NCBI GenBank assembly: GCA_977020255.1
Contig: CDROCS010000410.1
Coordinates: forward strand, 496,001-560,000
DNA: 64,000 nucleotides
DNA from: Obrimoposthia wandeli
Taxonomy: Eukaryota
Reading direction: 5' to 3'
Shown: in pieces, positions 50,660 through 61,065 of the stretch
How the letters are laid out: each line of letters starts with the position of its first letter
How positions within the stretch are numbered: position 1 is the first letter of the stretch
Program-made: the position numbers and the translations under genes
Notes under the pieces: generated by a model
The model's input: the letters and a program-made list of their open reading frames with translations, nothing else
Told to the model about the DNA's origin: nothing
Databases searched by the model: none

Positions 50660-51182
50660 TAATAATAAAACCTGTCGGATATAAAGAGGCGGCGATTGTA
50701 GGTTAATAATTCTAAGGGAGCAATTACAAATAGTTTAAAAATCCAACTGATTAACGCTTTTAGTTATTTAAATATGGATATTAATCTATATAAACAAATT
50801 AAATGTCATGGATTGTATTAATAATTAAATAATATTAAAAATAAGAAACCGCACTATAAGCTCATGTTTATAATGATTATATAATTAATATCGTATCGGG
50901 ATTGAGACTGGTATTAACCTGTTCACCGAGTGGTAATTACATGGGGATAATTAATTTAAATTTAGTTATTCTCATTATTCATAATAAACAGTCTAATATA
51001 TCAATAAATTATATACACGTGTTTTTATATTGTTATGAATATAACAATGATTTTATTATAACTTAATAATATATTAATTTTTAATTAGGGGGTTGGGGAA
51101 TTAAGGGATTACTTGTGGATGCAAGTAACTGAGCGTGAGTCATCACTCACACTCATGGCTACCGTATTACTATATTACTGTA

Positions 51183-51623
51183 TTACCATTCGCCAACGTT
51201 TTGCATTGAAGCCCATGGTTCTTGAGGTGTTAGTCTGTCACCTTTTTGCAATAACTCGATAGATATGCCATCCGGAGAACGAATGAATGCCATGTAACCA
51301 TCACGTGGTGGACGGTTAATAATAACACCAGCAGCTTGTAGTTTTGCACATGTTGCGTAGATGTCGTCAACTTCATAAGCAAGATGACCGAAGTTTCGAC
51401 CACCTTCATACGCTTCTTCATCCCAGTTATAGGTAAGTTCAAGCGTTGGTCGAGAAGTTTGTTTAGCTTGTTCAGCATCGCCAGGTGCGGCTAAGAAGAT
51501 AAGAGAAAAGCGTGCAGCTTCATAATCATTACGTTTAACTTCGATTAGACCAAGTTTATTACAGTAAAAATCTAAAGATGCTTCTAAATTTTTAACACGA
51601 ACCATAGTATGTAAGAATTGCAT
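51183..51623 (-). CDS. gloA: Lactoylglutathione lyase (glyoxalase I)
   Basis: FLHTMVRV, LELTYNW, FGHLAY, SPDGISIELLQ. Confidence 0.9.
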   Translation of the reverse strand: MQFLHTMVRVKNLEASLDFYCNKLGLIEVKRNDYEAARFSLIFLAAPGDAEQAKQTSRPTLELTYNWDEEAYEGGRNFGHLAYEVDDIYATCAKLQAAGVIINRPPRDGYMAFIRSPDGISIELLQKGDRLTPQEPWASMQNVGEW

Positions 51624-51650
51624 AACACGTCCTATTACAACTGAGTGATA

Positions 51651-52541
51651 TTAAAGAGTCGGTTGACCCAATGATATCACAACGCGTTGATTTTTTTGTC
51701 GTTCAATAATATTACTATTTGATGCTATTTGGCTTTTCTCACCATAACTATTGGTTTTAATTTCGAGATTATCAAAGCCGTTTTCTAAGAAGTACTGCTT
51801 AATATTCTCAGCGCGTAGCGAAGAGGTTTCTAAATTTTGTAATTCATCACCATAGCTCGCAGTATAGCTGTCTACAACAACGACATTAATGTCAGGACTA
51901 TATTGTAAGAATTCGCTAATCATCGCTAAGCGTTGCTGACTTTGTTGCGTCAGTTCATCACTTGATGCATTGAAATCAAGTACTGAATAAGCAATATCAT
52001 CCAAGCTATAAGGTAATAGGTTACTGACACACTCTAAGAATTCTTGATATTTATTTTGGAAGTTCACAGAAGACAAACCAACACTAATAAATTCACCGCC
52101 GCGATACCAATCTCGGAAATAAAATGTTGGGTAATCACCAGAATCTAAAGCATCAAGCATACGCCAAGCAGGTTGTTCACTCACATATCCTGAAAATTGG
52201 CGATAGAGTTTCACATCAGCAAGATCTTTTGCTGCACTACCCGGTTTCCAACTTGGTGGAACCGAACGTAATGAGGCCATTTCAGCTTGAGCAGGTAAAC
52301 GTTTCATGTCTAATTCAAAATTAAGGTTAATTAATTTAGATGCTCGACTGGTGAAAATAGCTTGACCATAACGAGGAATATCATGTTCCAGACTGCACTG
52401 TACGGGCGTAGAACGACTATTTTCCCATTGAGAAAACTCGTAATTAGCCGCATAGTTTTTCATGCTAGCTGAAGCACTTGTTGAACCGACAGCAACAAGT
52501 GAAGCAATTATAAAATGTTGACAGTTATTCATACGGTTCAA
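51651..52541 (-). CDS. motY: Sodium-type polar flagellar motor protein MotY
   Basis: Signal peptide, QCSLEHDIPRYG, C-terminal OmpA-like domain, NQRVVISLG. Confidence 0.9.
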   Translation of the reverse strand: MNRMNNCQHFIIASLVAVGSTSASASMKNYAANYEFSQWENSRSTPVQCSLEHDIPRYGQAIFTSRASKLINLNFELDMKRLPAQAEMASLRSVPPSWKPGSAAKDLADVKLYRQFSGYVSEQPAWRMLDALDSGDYPTFYFRDWYRGGEFISVGLSSVNFQNKYQEFLECVSNLLPYSLDDIAYSVLDFNASSDELTQQSQQRLAMISEFLQYSPDINVVVVDSYTASYGDELQNLETSSLRAENIKQYFLENGFDNLEIKTNSYGEKSQIASNSNIIERQKNQRVVISLGQPTL

Positions 52542-52570
52542 AATCCTGTTTCTTCGAGGCTTATATTAAC

Positions 52571-52597
52571 TTATCGGTATTGAGGTAAATAACTTGA
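52571..52597 (-). promoter_or_regulatory. Sigma28 (FliA)-type promoter of motY
   Basis: Minus strand TCAA-N15-ACCGATAA versus consensus TAAA-N15-GCCGATAA. Confidence 0.75.
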
Positions 52598-52837
52598 GTA
52601 TCTTTTCTCAAAAAATTTAAAAAACCTCAAAATACTGAATAAGGTAAAGGCACTTTAAATGACATTCCCTGTCGATAATCCCGACAACTACTTGTTGATT
52701 ATCCCGACAACTAATAGTCAATTATTAAAAACTAACAGCCAATTAGTAAAAACTAACCTGAAATTCGCAAAGTTGATTAGAGGGCATGCGATTATTATGG
52801 CATAATCCCAACCAAGTCAACACTAAAAAATGATCAC

Positions 52838-53530
52838 ATGACCACAACTGAAAAATCAGCTTTTAGCCAACGATTCCGTGGCTACTTCCCTGTTGTTATC
52901 GATATCGAAACAGCCGGATTTAATGCACAAACAGATGCTATGTTAGAGATCGCCGCTTCTATCCTCGAAATGGATGAAGATGGTTATCTTAAAATTTCGC
53001 ATACTTTACACTTTAACGTTGAACCGTTTGAAGGCGCTAATTTAGAACAAGCAGCTTTAGATTTTACCGGTATCGACCCGACCAATCCACTACGTGGCGC
53101 AGTTCCAGAACGTGACGCGATTACCGAAATCTATAAAGCCGTTCGTAAAGGCTTGAAAGATACAGGTTGTCACCGTGCGATCATGGTTGCTCATAATGCC
53201 GCTTTCGATCATGGTTTTTTAAGTGCAGCATCGAGTCGTGAAAAGATTAAACGTAATCCTTTCCACCCTTTTGCTACATTTGATACAACGACGCTTGCTG
53301 GGTTAGCCGTAGGTCAAACTGTACTTGCTAAAGCATGTATGGCTGCCGGTATCCCGTTTGATCATAAACAGGCGCATTCCGCTAAATATGATACCGAACA
53401 AACAGCAAAGTTATTTTGCTTTATCGTCAATAAATGGAAAGACATGGGCGGTTGGCCACTTGCTGTGCCAGAAGACGAAGTTGAAGTTGAAGCCGTAAGC
53501 GATGAGTCGCCAAACGCTGACGCTGAATAA
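52838..53530 (+). CDS. rnt: Ribonuclease T
   Basis: [30 protein letters not shown]. Confidence 0.98.
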   Translation: MTTTEKSAFSQRFRGYFPVVIDIETAGFNAQTDAMLEIAASILEMDEDGYLKISHTLHFNVEPFEGANLEQAALDFTGIDPTNPLRGAVPERDAITEIYKAVRKGLKDTGCHRAIMVAHNAAFDHGFLSAASSREKIKRNPFHPFATFDTTTLAGLAVGQTVLAKACMAAGIPFDHKQAHSAKYDTEQTAKLFCFIVNKWKDMGGWPLAVPEDEVEVEAVSDESPNADAE

Positions 53531-53779
53531 ACTATTATGCCCCTTGGTAACAACAGTCGATTATGATATTCACATAATTCATCATGTTGTAACTATATGG
53601 GGCAAAATTAACCTTTTATTATTAAAATCACATCAAAATCGTATTTCTAGCGCTTTAAATACCAGCCATTCATAAAACCTGCATAATTACCTACAAATAG
53701 ACGTAAAATACCCTTATCTTATTCACTATAGTTTTATATACTACATTTAATGAAATTATTAACATTGGAAAGTAGATAA

Positions 53780-55105
53780 ATGAATCCTGTCGTTATCGCG
53801 GTGCTCACTATGTTAATCCTCAGCTTTATGCGGATTAATGTTGTTGTCGCACTCACAATTAGTGCCATTTTAGGCGGCTTAATTGGTGGTTTACCTTTAG
53901 AAGAAGTTATTGCAGCGTTTAACTCTGGTTTAGGTGGTGGTGCGTCAATTGCATTGAACTATGCCATGTTAGGTGCGTTTGCAGTTGCTATCTCAAAGTC
54001 AGGCATTACTGACATATTAGCGGCTAAAATCGTTAGTCGTTTAGGCTCTGCTGGTAGTCAACGCCAAATAAACGGTTTTAAATACGGTTTACTGTTTACC
54101 CTACTATTAGTCGCAATCTCATCACAGAACGTTATTCCTGTTCATATCGCATTTATTCCGCTACTTGTTCCACCGCTACTTGGTGTGATGAATAAATTGA
54201 AATTAGACCGTCGCGCAGTCGCTTGCGTGCTAACATTCGGTTTAACAGCAACGTACATGTTCTTGCCAATTGGTTTTGGTGGTATTTTCTTAAATAACAT
54301 CCTGCTTAAGAACCTGAATGATAACGGTGCAAACGTTGTTGCCGAACAGTTACCAACGGCAATGGCACTACCCGTTCTCGGTATGGTTATCGGTCTTATT
54401 ACTGCGGTGGTATTTAGTTATCGTAAGCCACGCGAATATTCGGCTGAAAGTGAATTAACAACGAAAGAAGTACAGAAAGTTGAATATAATCCTCGCCATA
54501 TAATCGTGGCGATGGTTGCAGTTGTTGCTGCGCTGAGCTTACAGTTAATCTACGATTCAATCATTCTAGGTGCACTAACAGGTTTCATTATCTTTACCCT
54601 CGGCGGTGTGATCAAGTTCCACGAAACTCAAGACATCTTTACGCGCGGCGTACATATGATGGCGATGATTGGCTTTATCATGATTGCCGCATCAGGTTTT
54701 TCTGAAGTGATGAAAGCAACAAGCGGTGTGGAATCGTTAGTTGGTTCGATTGGCGGTGTAATTGGCGATAACAAGGGCTTAGCGGCGCTATTAATGCTCA
54801 TCACTGGTCTATTGGTGACTATGGGTATTGGTTCGTCTTTCTCGACTATTCCAATCCTTGCAACTATCTATGTACCACTAGCGCTACAATTTGGTTTCTC
54901 TCCACTTGCTACTGCATCACTTGTTGGTACAGCTGCAGCACTTGGTGATGCCGGTTCACCAGCGTCAGATTCAACATTAGGTCCAACGTCAGGTCTAAAC
55001 GTGGATGGTCAGCACGACCATATACGAGACTCTGTAATTCCAACATTCATCCATTATAATATTCCGCTTATTATCTTTGGTTGGATTGCTGCAGTTACAC
55101 TGTAA
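53780..55105 (+). CDS. Na+/H+ antiporter-family (YuiF-like) membrane transporter
   Basis: [42 protein letters not shown]; multiple TMs. Confidence 0.85.
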   Translation: MNPVVIAVLTMLILSFMRINVVVALTISAILGGLIGGLPLEEVIAAFNSGLGGGASIALNYAMLGAFAVAISKSGITDILAAKIVSRLGSAGSQRQINGFKYGLLFTLLLVAISSQNVIPVHIAFIPLLVPPLLGVMNKLKLDRRAVACVLTFGLTATYMFLPIGFGGIFLNNILLKNLNDNGANVVAEQLPTAMALPVLGMVIGLITAVVFSYRKPREYSAESELTTKEVQKVEYNPRHIIVAMVAVVAALSLQLIYDSIILGALTGFIIFTLGGVIKFHETQDIFTRGVHMMAMIGFIMIAASGFSEVMKATSGVESLVGSIGGVIGDNKGLAALLMLITGLLVTMGIGSSFSTIPILATIYVPLALQFGFSPLATASLVGTAAALGDAGSPASDSTLGPTSGLNVDGQHDHIRDSVIPTFIHYNIPLIIFGWIAAVTL

Positions 55106-55125
55106 TCGTACAATACCTATAAACC

Positions 55126-55238
55126 TCTGTGCAGAAAAATATTATTGCTATCGCAAACATACATGGCCATGGATGGCCTTGTCTAAGCGAACATGGATGT
55201 CTTGAGCGGTTTGCAGTATCAATGATTTAAATCGCAGA
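55126..55238. repeat. Possible MITE/REP-like palindromic element
   Basis: Two CATGGATG cores (GGCCATGGATGGCC, ACATGGATGT) inside imperfect inverted flanks ATTGCTATCGCAAAC / GTTTGCAGTATCAAT. Confidence 0.35.
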
Positions 55239-55243
55239 TATAG

Positions 55244-55270
55244 AAAAGGGAAGCAATTGCTTCCCTTTTT
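55244..55270. terminator. Bidirectional terminator between the antiporter and grxD
   Basis: AAAAGGGAAGC-AATT-GCTTCCCTTTT. Confidence 0.85.
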
Positions 55271-55334
55271 CATATGTTCATTATAACTAGCAACGATTAA
55301 TACCGCCGACTAAACATAATCAAACCAACAATAA

Positions 55335-55664
55335 TTACTCAGCTTTTGCTTTTGCAGCAGCTTCAGCGATTAGTGGCTGTAATTCACCTTGTTGGAACAT
55401 TTCCATGATGATGTCACAACCGCCAACAAGCTCGCCGTCAACCCAAAGTTGTGGGAATGTAGGCCAGTTAGCGTATTTAGGTAGTTCAGCACGGATATCT
55501 GGGTTTTGCAGGATATCAACGTAAGCAAATTGCTCACCACAATTGATTACAGCTTGTGATGCTTGTGAAGAAAAACCACAGCTAGGTAGTTTTGGTGAAC
55601 CTTTCATGTATAGGATGATTGAGTTCTCAGCAAGTTGCTGTTTAATTTTATCTAAAGTTTCCAT
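55335..55664 (-). CDS. grxD: Monothiol glutaredoxin Grx4
   Basis: CGFS active site, WPTFPQL, GGCD; start METLDKIKQQ at 55664. Confidence 0.97.
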   Translation of the reverse strand: METLDKIKQQLAENSIILYMKGSPKLPSCGFSSQASQAVINCGEQFAYVDILQNPDIRAELPKYANWPTFPQLWVDGELVGGCDIIMEMFQQGELQPLIAEAAAKAKAE

Positions 55665-55992
55665 TGTGTCCTCACAAATCTTAGCGTTTACATCTATTGT
55701 AGTTATAATTTTTAAAACTCTAACTATAGAATGCATTATATAAATACAAATTTAATTAATCATTTTATGCTAATTATAGCTTCGTTAACACCGTTAATTT
55801 GTAGGGTTATTTTGTTTTATATTTAGTCTAATTGTTAAAATTTTACTTTGCTGGTTACAATTTATTAATTGAGCAGTACAATTGCATTCAAATGCTTGAA
55901 TATATTCAACGCTAGCGTTAGTATTCTTGCAATAATTAAATCAATAATGAGCAATGGATAGCCACAGGCTATCAATACATAAGGAAATACCT

Positions 55993-56577
55993 ATGAGTAT
56001 TACACTACCAGCTTTACCGTACGCGCAAGATGCACTTGAACCACATATCTCAGCAGAGACTCTTTCTTTCCACTACGGCAAACACCACAACACTTATGTG
56101 GTTAAGCTTAATGGTCTAATCGAAGGTACACCTTTTGCTGAAAAGACATTAGAAGAAATCGTTAAATCTTCTACTGGTCCAGTATTCAACAACGCTGCGC
56201 AAGTATGGAACCACACGTTCTACTGGAACAGCCTTACTCCTGCTGCAAAAGGCCAACCTGAAGGCGCTCTAGCTGACGCTATCAACGCTAAATTCGGTTC
56301 TTTCGAAGCGTTCCAAGCTGCATTCAACGATAAAGCTGTTAACAACTTCGGTTCAAGCTGGACTTGGTTAGTTAAAAACGCTGAAGGCGAATTAGAAATC
56401 GTTAATACTTCTAACGCTGGTACGCCAATCACAGAAGCTGGTGTTACACCGCTAATCACTGTTGATCTTTGGGAACATGCTTACTACATCGATTACCGTA
56501 ACCTACGTCCTAGCTACCTTAACGGTTTCTGGGCACTAGCTAACTGGGATTTCGCTGCCGCTAACTTCGCAGCTTAA
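55993..56577 (+). CDS. sodB: Fe superoxide dismutase
   Basis: [28 protein letters not shown]; ATG 55993 follows AAGGA. Confidence 0.96.
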   Translation: MSITLPALPYAQDALEPHISAETLSFHYGKHHNTYVVKLNGLIEGTPFAEKTLEEIVKSSTGPVFNNAAQVWNHTFYWNSLTPAAKGQPEGALADAINAKFGSFEAFQAAFNDKAVNNFGSSWTWLVKNAEGELEIVNTSNAGTPITEAGVTPLITVDLWEHAYYIDYRNLRPSYLNGFWALANWDFAAANFAA

Positions 56578-56655
56578 TTTACCTGTTAGCCTTAGGCTAG
56601 ATGGTAATAAATCGATGTATTAACATATCGCCTATATTAATATATCGATTGTATA

Positions 56656-56693
56656 AAAAAACCGATAGTGAAGTAATTCACTATCGGTTTTTT
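56656..56693 (+). terminator. sodB terminator
   Basis: AAAAAACCGATAGTGAA-GTAA-TTCACTATCGGTTTTTT. Confidence 0.9.
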
Positions 56694-56791
56694 GTTATTG
56701 AGCTAGTATTACCTATACTAAATTGTTATTCTTCCCGTCATTAGATTGATGACAAGGATGTTATTACTTATTTTTAAAGACCGAGGTCGTT

Positions 56792-56881
56792 ATGAATTTT
56801 AGTAGTACATTTAAAGCCATACTCACATTATCTATTCCAACAACCCTGATGTTTACTGTTCTATACTTATCAATAAACTAA
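56792..56881 (+). CDS. Candidate 29-aa single-pass membrane protein (MNFSSTFKAILTLSIPTTLMFTVLYLSIN)
   Basis: GAGG RBS 5 nt before the ATG; about 20-residue hydrophobic stretch; fills the sodB-recR gap. Confidence 0.55.
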   Translation: MNFSSTFKAILTLSIPTTLMFTVLYLSIN

Positions 56882-56936
56882 ACTACCGCTCTTATTAATA
56901 GGCTCTTATCAATACGTTAAGCAGCTATTCACAGCA

Positions 56937-57539
56937 TTAGTAAATTTGTTGTCTACCAAGTAATGAATGGGACAAGGTAGTTCCATCAACATACTCTAAT
57001 TCACCACCCACAGGTACGCCATGCGCAATACGGCTTGCTTTTACGCCATATTCTTGTGCTATTTCAGCAATATAATATGCAGTCGCTTCGCCTTCCACTG
57101 TTGGATTGGTTGCCAAGATAAGCTCTTCATAATGGCCAGACGCTAATAATTCTGCTAATTTATCTAAGCCAATTTCGTCCGGGCCGATACCATCTAATGG
57201 TGATAAGTGACCCATCAAGACAAAATATTGACCACTGAATTGATTGGTTTGTTCAATCGCCGCAACGTCCGCAGGACCTTCAACAACACAAAGGGTCTTT
57301 TCAGTTTGACGTTTTGGATTTGCACAAATAGCACAGATATCTAATTCAGTCAGCGTGTTACACTGTTGACAGTGGCCAATTTCGATCATTGCTTTCTCTA
57401 AAGAATGCGCCAAAGAGACAGCACTATCACGCTTACGCTCTAAAATATGGAAAGCAATACGCTGGGCAGACTTAGGGCCAACACCCGGTAAAATTTGTAG
57501 ATCATTAATTAATTGATCTAACAAGGGACTGAACTTCAT
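56937..57539 (-). CDS. recR: Recombination mediator RecR
   Basis: [12 protein letters not shown]4 zinc finger, Toprim, [14 protein letters not shown]; start MKFSPLL at 57539. Confidence 0.98.
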   Translation of the reverse strand: MKFSPLLDQLINDLQILPGVGPKSAQRIAFHILERKRDSAVSLAHSLEKAMIEIGHCQQCNTLTELDICAICANPKRQTEKTLCVVEGPADVAAIEQTNQFSGQYFVLMGHLSPLDGIGPDEIGLDKLAELLASGHYEELILATNPTVEGEATAYYIAEIAQEYGVKASRIAHGVPVGGELEYVDGTTLSHSLLGRQQIY

Positions 57540-57880
57540 TAATAACTCCAAAAAATGCCGGTACAAGCTAAATCTACCGTCTATATTGAGCGCAATACTA
57601 CATTAAATCGCACGCTTTAGCATATAATTTTACTTGAGATTAAACGTCTAAGCTGCAGATTTATTCGATGTTTAGCGCCGCGTTAACTAGACTTTAAATA
57701 AGCGTTAAAATATATACAATAAGGACTAAATAATAATGTTAAATCCCGAGATCTGTTCGTTAGCGTCCAGGAAACACATTAAGCCTCTACAATAGCTGAT
57801 TTGTGTTGTGCTCAGACCTTTCAGCCGTTAAACTTTGCCTCCCAAATTATTGGTTGCGCTAAACTCTCACAGGTAACATT

Positions 57881-58171
57881 ATGATTAACCACTTTAGTGT
57901 GCTTGGTATCAAGCCGAACGCAAATGAAGATGACGTTAAAAAAGCCTATAAACGTCTATCGAATCGCTTTCACCCAGATAAATTACTCGGCGCATCAGAC
58001 GATGAAAAAAAGCATGCTGAAGCTCAGCTGCAACGCGTAAGAAACGCCTATGAAGTGCTTTCAGATCCGAAGCTAAAACGCGAATTTGTAAAAAACTTCA
58101 GTAACGTTATTGTGACCGACCCTGCTGCCGCAATGCGCGAGCTGTGGGATCAATTTTATTCTATAAGTTAA
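57881..58171 (+). CDS. atcJ: Short J-domain co-chaperone, AtcJ-like
   Basis: 96 aa; HPD motif (RFHPDKL) and C-terminal P-X7-W (PAAAMRELW), as described for Shewanella AtcJ. Confidence 0.88.
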   Translation: MINHFSVLGIKPNANEDDVKKAYKRLSNRFHPDKLLGASDDEKKHAEAQLQRVRNAYEVLSDPKLKREFVKNFSNVIVTDPAAAMRELWDQFYSIS

Positions 58172-58184
58172 TTTCTGAGCATTT

Positions 58185-58673
58185 ATGACAAAAGCACTAG
58201 ATCTATCACGTATTGATGAATTAAAAGAAAATGCATACAGCAATATCGAATCTTATAACGATCCCGATACGCCGGATGCACTTGCTGAATTTACCAGCCA
58301 AATGAAGGCTGTTTTATTAGCTGATCCGCAGTTACTTGAGTCTGTACCTGAGTACTTGCCGATTGCGCTTTATGACAAAGTTAAGTTTCCACCTGAAGCT
58401 AAAGTTCAGTGGGCTCACTGGGTCAAAGAAGGTATTCAGCCTGAGTGGGATGATTTTAAAACCACTGTCGCATTTAATAAGGAAGATTTACCGCTTGTAT
58501 TAGCTGTAAAAAACTTCTCTGAGACCTTATTAATCGAGAGCTGTATCGTCCTATTCTTATTGGCAAACGAAAACCAGTCGACGCCGACTAGCCGCGCTCA
58601 AGAAGAAGATGATAATGACTATCTAGATAGCGAAGAAGGTTATTACGATCAATTTGACGAGGATGAGCATTAA
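58185..58673 (+). CDS. atcA: AtcA-like cold adaptation protein
   Basis: 162 aa, acidic tail; second gene after atcJ. Assigned by operon order. Confidence 0.7.
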   Translation: MTKALDLSRIDELKENAYSNIESYNDPDTPDALAEFTSQMKAVLLADPQLLESVPEYLPIALYDKVKFPPEAKVQWAHWVKEGIQPEWDDFKTTVAFNKEDLPLVLAVKNFSETLLIESCIVLFLLANENQSTPTSRAQEEDDNDYLDSEEGYYDQFDEDEH

Positions 58674-59434
58674 TGAAGAGCTTAATTGAAACTGCCGTAA
58701 TTGAGATCAAGCAACTTGCAGATGTTGAACCACAACAAGCAAGTAAAAAGTTTGAGTTGATGGCGAGCACCATGACTGATGATGTTTTGGTTGAAGTAAT
58801 CGAGCAGATGGATATCGTGACGTTAACACAGATAAACAGTCACCATGATATTTCTTGCCCTTCTATCATGTCAGAGTTAATGACCCCTGAACAGATCCGC
58901 GACATCGTTTGCCAACAACCGCTGTACTGGGAAGAAAAAGTAAAAAACAACGCCGATGAATTAATTCAGCACACGTTTGATTTTCTAACCTACCTTATTC
59001 GTATTCAAGAGAGTGAAGCGAAACAAGCGGCTATTTTAGAATGTATTGCTGAAGATCAAGCTGGTCTGTTTTATCTGTCGATCCCGTTTATTGAATACCT
59101 GTTAGCACCGAAGGTAGAAGCAGATCACCACAGCCATATCACAGACAATTATGATGATGAAGATGATGGCGAAACAGTTGGCTTTACAGACCGTAGTGTT
59201 GAAGAAGAAACACACAGTTTAAGTATTGACGATCCGCGTAGCTTATTAGCGTTGATCCGTGAACTTGCGCCTGAAGTTGAAAAATCAATTAAGAACTTAC
59301 TGCGTAGCGAAAACTCAAGCTGGGTTGCTATCATCGACAGTTTCGTGAATGAGTTAGTACTGCAAGCAAAAGAAAAGAACGCAGTAGAAGACGAATACGA
59401 AGAAGTTGATGACATGTTTAGCTTTCTTGATTAG
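58673..59434 (+). CDS. atcB: AtcB-like cold adaptation protein
   Basis: 253 aa, very acidic, TAATG-coupled to the previous gene; third gene. Assigned by operon order. Confidence 0.7.
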   Translation: MKSLIETAVIEIKQLADVEPQQASKKFELMASTMTDDVLVEVIEQMDIVTLTQINSHHDISCPSIMSELMTPEQIRDIVCQQPLYWEEKVKNNADELIQHTFDFLTYLIRIQESEAKQAAILECIAEDQAGLFYLSIPFIEYLLAPKVEADHHSHITDNYDDEDDGETVGFTDRSVEEETHSLSIDDPRSLLALIRELAPEVEKSIKNLLRSENSSWVAIIDSFVNELVLQAKEKNAVEDEYEEVDDMFSFLD

Positions 59435-59445
59435 GGACTCCGTTA

Positions 59446-60339
59446 ATGCAAATTGTACTAAGAGACAGTAATCAAGGTCCTTTTTTAACGAAAGTATTAG
59501 ATTATGCGCAAGCAGAATCGTTATTGGATGAAGCTCAACTTGCTGAAATCAAAAACAAAGCGATACTAATGAGCCTTAAGCTAGCAGATAAGTTTTATAA
59601 TAAACATAAAATGCACCTACTAGAAAATGCCGCGTTCGATGTGATTGGCGTGGCTAGCTTAGGATTGATGTCGCTAAGTAATAACGACAAAGCGATAGCA
59701 TTTAAACTGCTTATCGGACCAAATGGCATGGTAAAGTCCTTCCAAAAAGGTTGGAGCATGCTTAGCCGTGTGAGTAAGTACAAGCTAAACGGTAAATCAA
59801 TATATGGCGATATTGATCCGCTGCTACTCGATAAAATATCAACACCGAGTGATGCGGATGAATGGCAAGGTTGGCAAAGCTACCAAGACGCACTATTAGA
59901 CTTTAATAGTGAAGAGTCTATTGTCGGTCTGCTAAGCCAGTTTTACGCGCAGTCTACTTATGATCCACTAGACTGTTTAAGCTTAGAAAACGTGTTTGCT
60001 GAAGTCGTGTTATATCGTCTTCTTTTTGGTCCAATAAAAGTAAGACCAAATCTGAAGCAAAATATCGCTAAGATTGAACTGGATGATGCTTGGTTTACAC
60101 TTGAGTTCATTGAACAACAAGTTGAACACGCATTGTTTGAGTTACCCTCGACACTGGCTGAGACTATCAAAGCAGACCAAGGTAAATACTTTACCGCAGG
60201 TTTGCTGCGCACATTAACGTTTGCTAGAAACTATCGAACACTGCGTTTAGATAACGCAAGCCCAGAACGTTTAGAGCGATACGAAGATAAAGAAGGCCTT
60301 ATTGGTTTATTAGGCTGGCCTGTTTATCTTGTCATGTGA
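59446..60339 (+). CDS. atcC: AtcC-like cold adaptation protein
   Basis: 297 aa, fourth gene, followed by a terminator. Assigned by operon order. Confidence 0.7.
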   Translation: MQIVLRDSNQGPFLTKVLDYAQAESLLDEAQLAEIKNKAILMSLKLADKFYNKHKMHLLENAAFDVIGVASLGLMSLSNNDKAIAFKLLIGPNGMVKSFQKGWSMLSRVSKYKLNGKSIYGDIDPLLLDKISTPSDADEWQGWQSYQDALLDFNSEESIVGLLSQFYAQSTYDPLDCLSLENVFAEVVLYRLLFGPIKVRPNLKQNIAKIELDDAWFTLEFIEQQVEHALFELPSTLAETIKADQGKYFTAGLLRTLTFARNYRTLRLDNASPERLERYEDKEGLIGLLGWPVYLVM

Positions 60340-60382
60340 TAGTTAAATAAAATAAATAGTTTTAAACAACGATGAATAACAG

Positions 60383-60416
60383 AACGGGAACATCCAATTG
60401 GGTGTTCCCGTTTTTT
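60383..60416 (+). terminator. Terminator of the atc operon
   Basis: AACGGGAACATCC-AATT-GGGTGTTCCCGTT-TTTT. Confidence 0.85.
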
Positions 60417-60468
60417 ATGAGTAGTAATATCTACGCAAAATATATGTATTTTGTGAAATAACAGCTAT

Positions 60469-60520
60469 AAAAAATGGCAAGTACCAGTCTTATATTAAGA
60501 AAGGTTACTTGCCATTTTTT
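60469..60520 (-). terminator. Hairpin downstream of ybaB
   Basis: AAAAAATGGCAAGTA...TACTTGCCATTTTTT. Confidence 0.7.
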
Positions 60521-60577
60521 CGCAGTGTTTTAGTTAACAGATATTAAATATCAGTTAACTATGCTCTAGTTAAAGAA

Positions 60578-60907
60578 CTAGAAAGGCATTTTCATACCTG
60601 GTGGTAATTTCATACCGCCAGTAACATCAGCCATTCTTGATTTGTTTTCTTCTTCAACACGACGAGCAGCATCGTTGATGGCAGCAGCGATAAGATCTTC
60701 TAACATCTCTTTATCGTCTTCCATCAATTCAGGATCGATTTGCACACGACGTACATTGTGGCTACCAGTCATAGTGATTTTAACCATGCCAGCACCAGAT
60801 TCGCCAACTACTTCCATGTTAGCTAGGTCTTCTTGTACTTTAGCCATCTTGTCTTGCATTTGTTGAGCTTGCTTCATTAAGCCGCCCATTCCGCCTTTAC
60901 CAAACAT
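60578..60907 (-). CDS. ybaB: YbaB/EbfC nucleoid-associated protein
   Basis: [37 protein letters not shown]. Confidence 0.98.
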   Translation of the reverse strand: MFGKGGMGGLMKQAQQMQDKMAKVQEDLANMEVVGESGAGMVKITMTGSHNVRRVQIDPELMEDDKEMLEDLIAAAINDAARRVEEENKSRMADVTGGMKLPPGMKMPF

Positions 60908-61065
60908 ATTAAACTCTCTTTCTATTGTCTACCGCGAACAACAATAAATGAATACTGATTGTTGCGCATTGAATATCCATACTATATGGGTATCACTGGA
61001 AAAAAATCAAGGTTGATAACGATTGATATCAACACTATAAAAATTATAACGGCGCTATAACTGCA

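Noticed and set aside
50970-50992. Fur-box-like sequence in the satP-gloA gap
   Set aside because: About 13/19 match in very AT-rich DNA, far from any suitable gene start.
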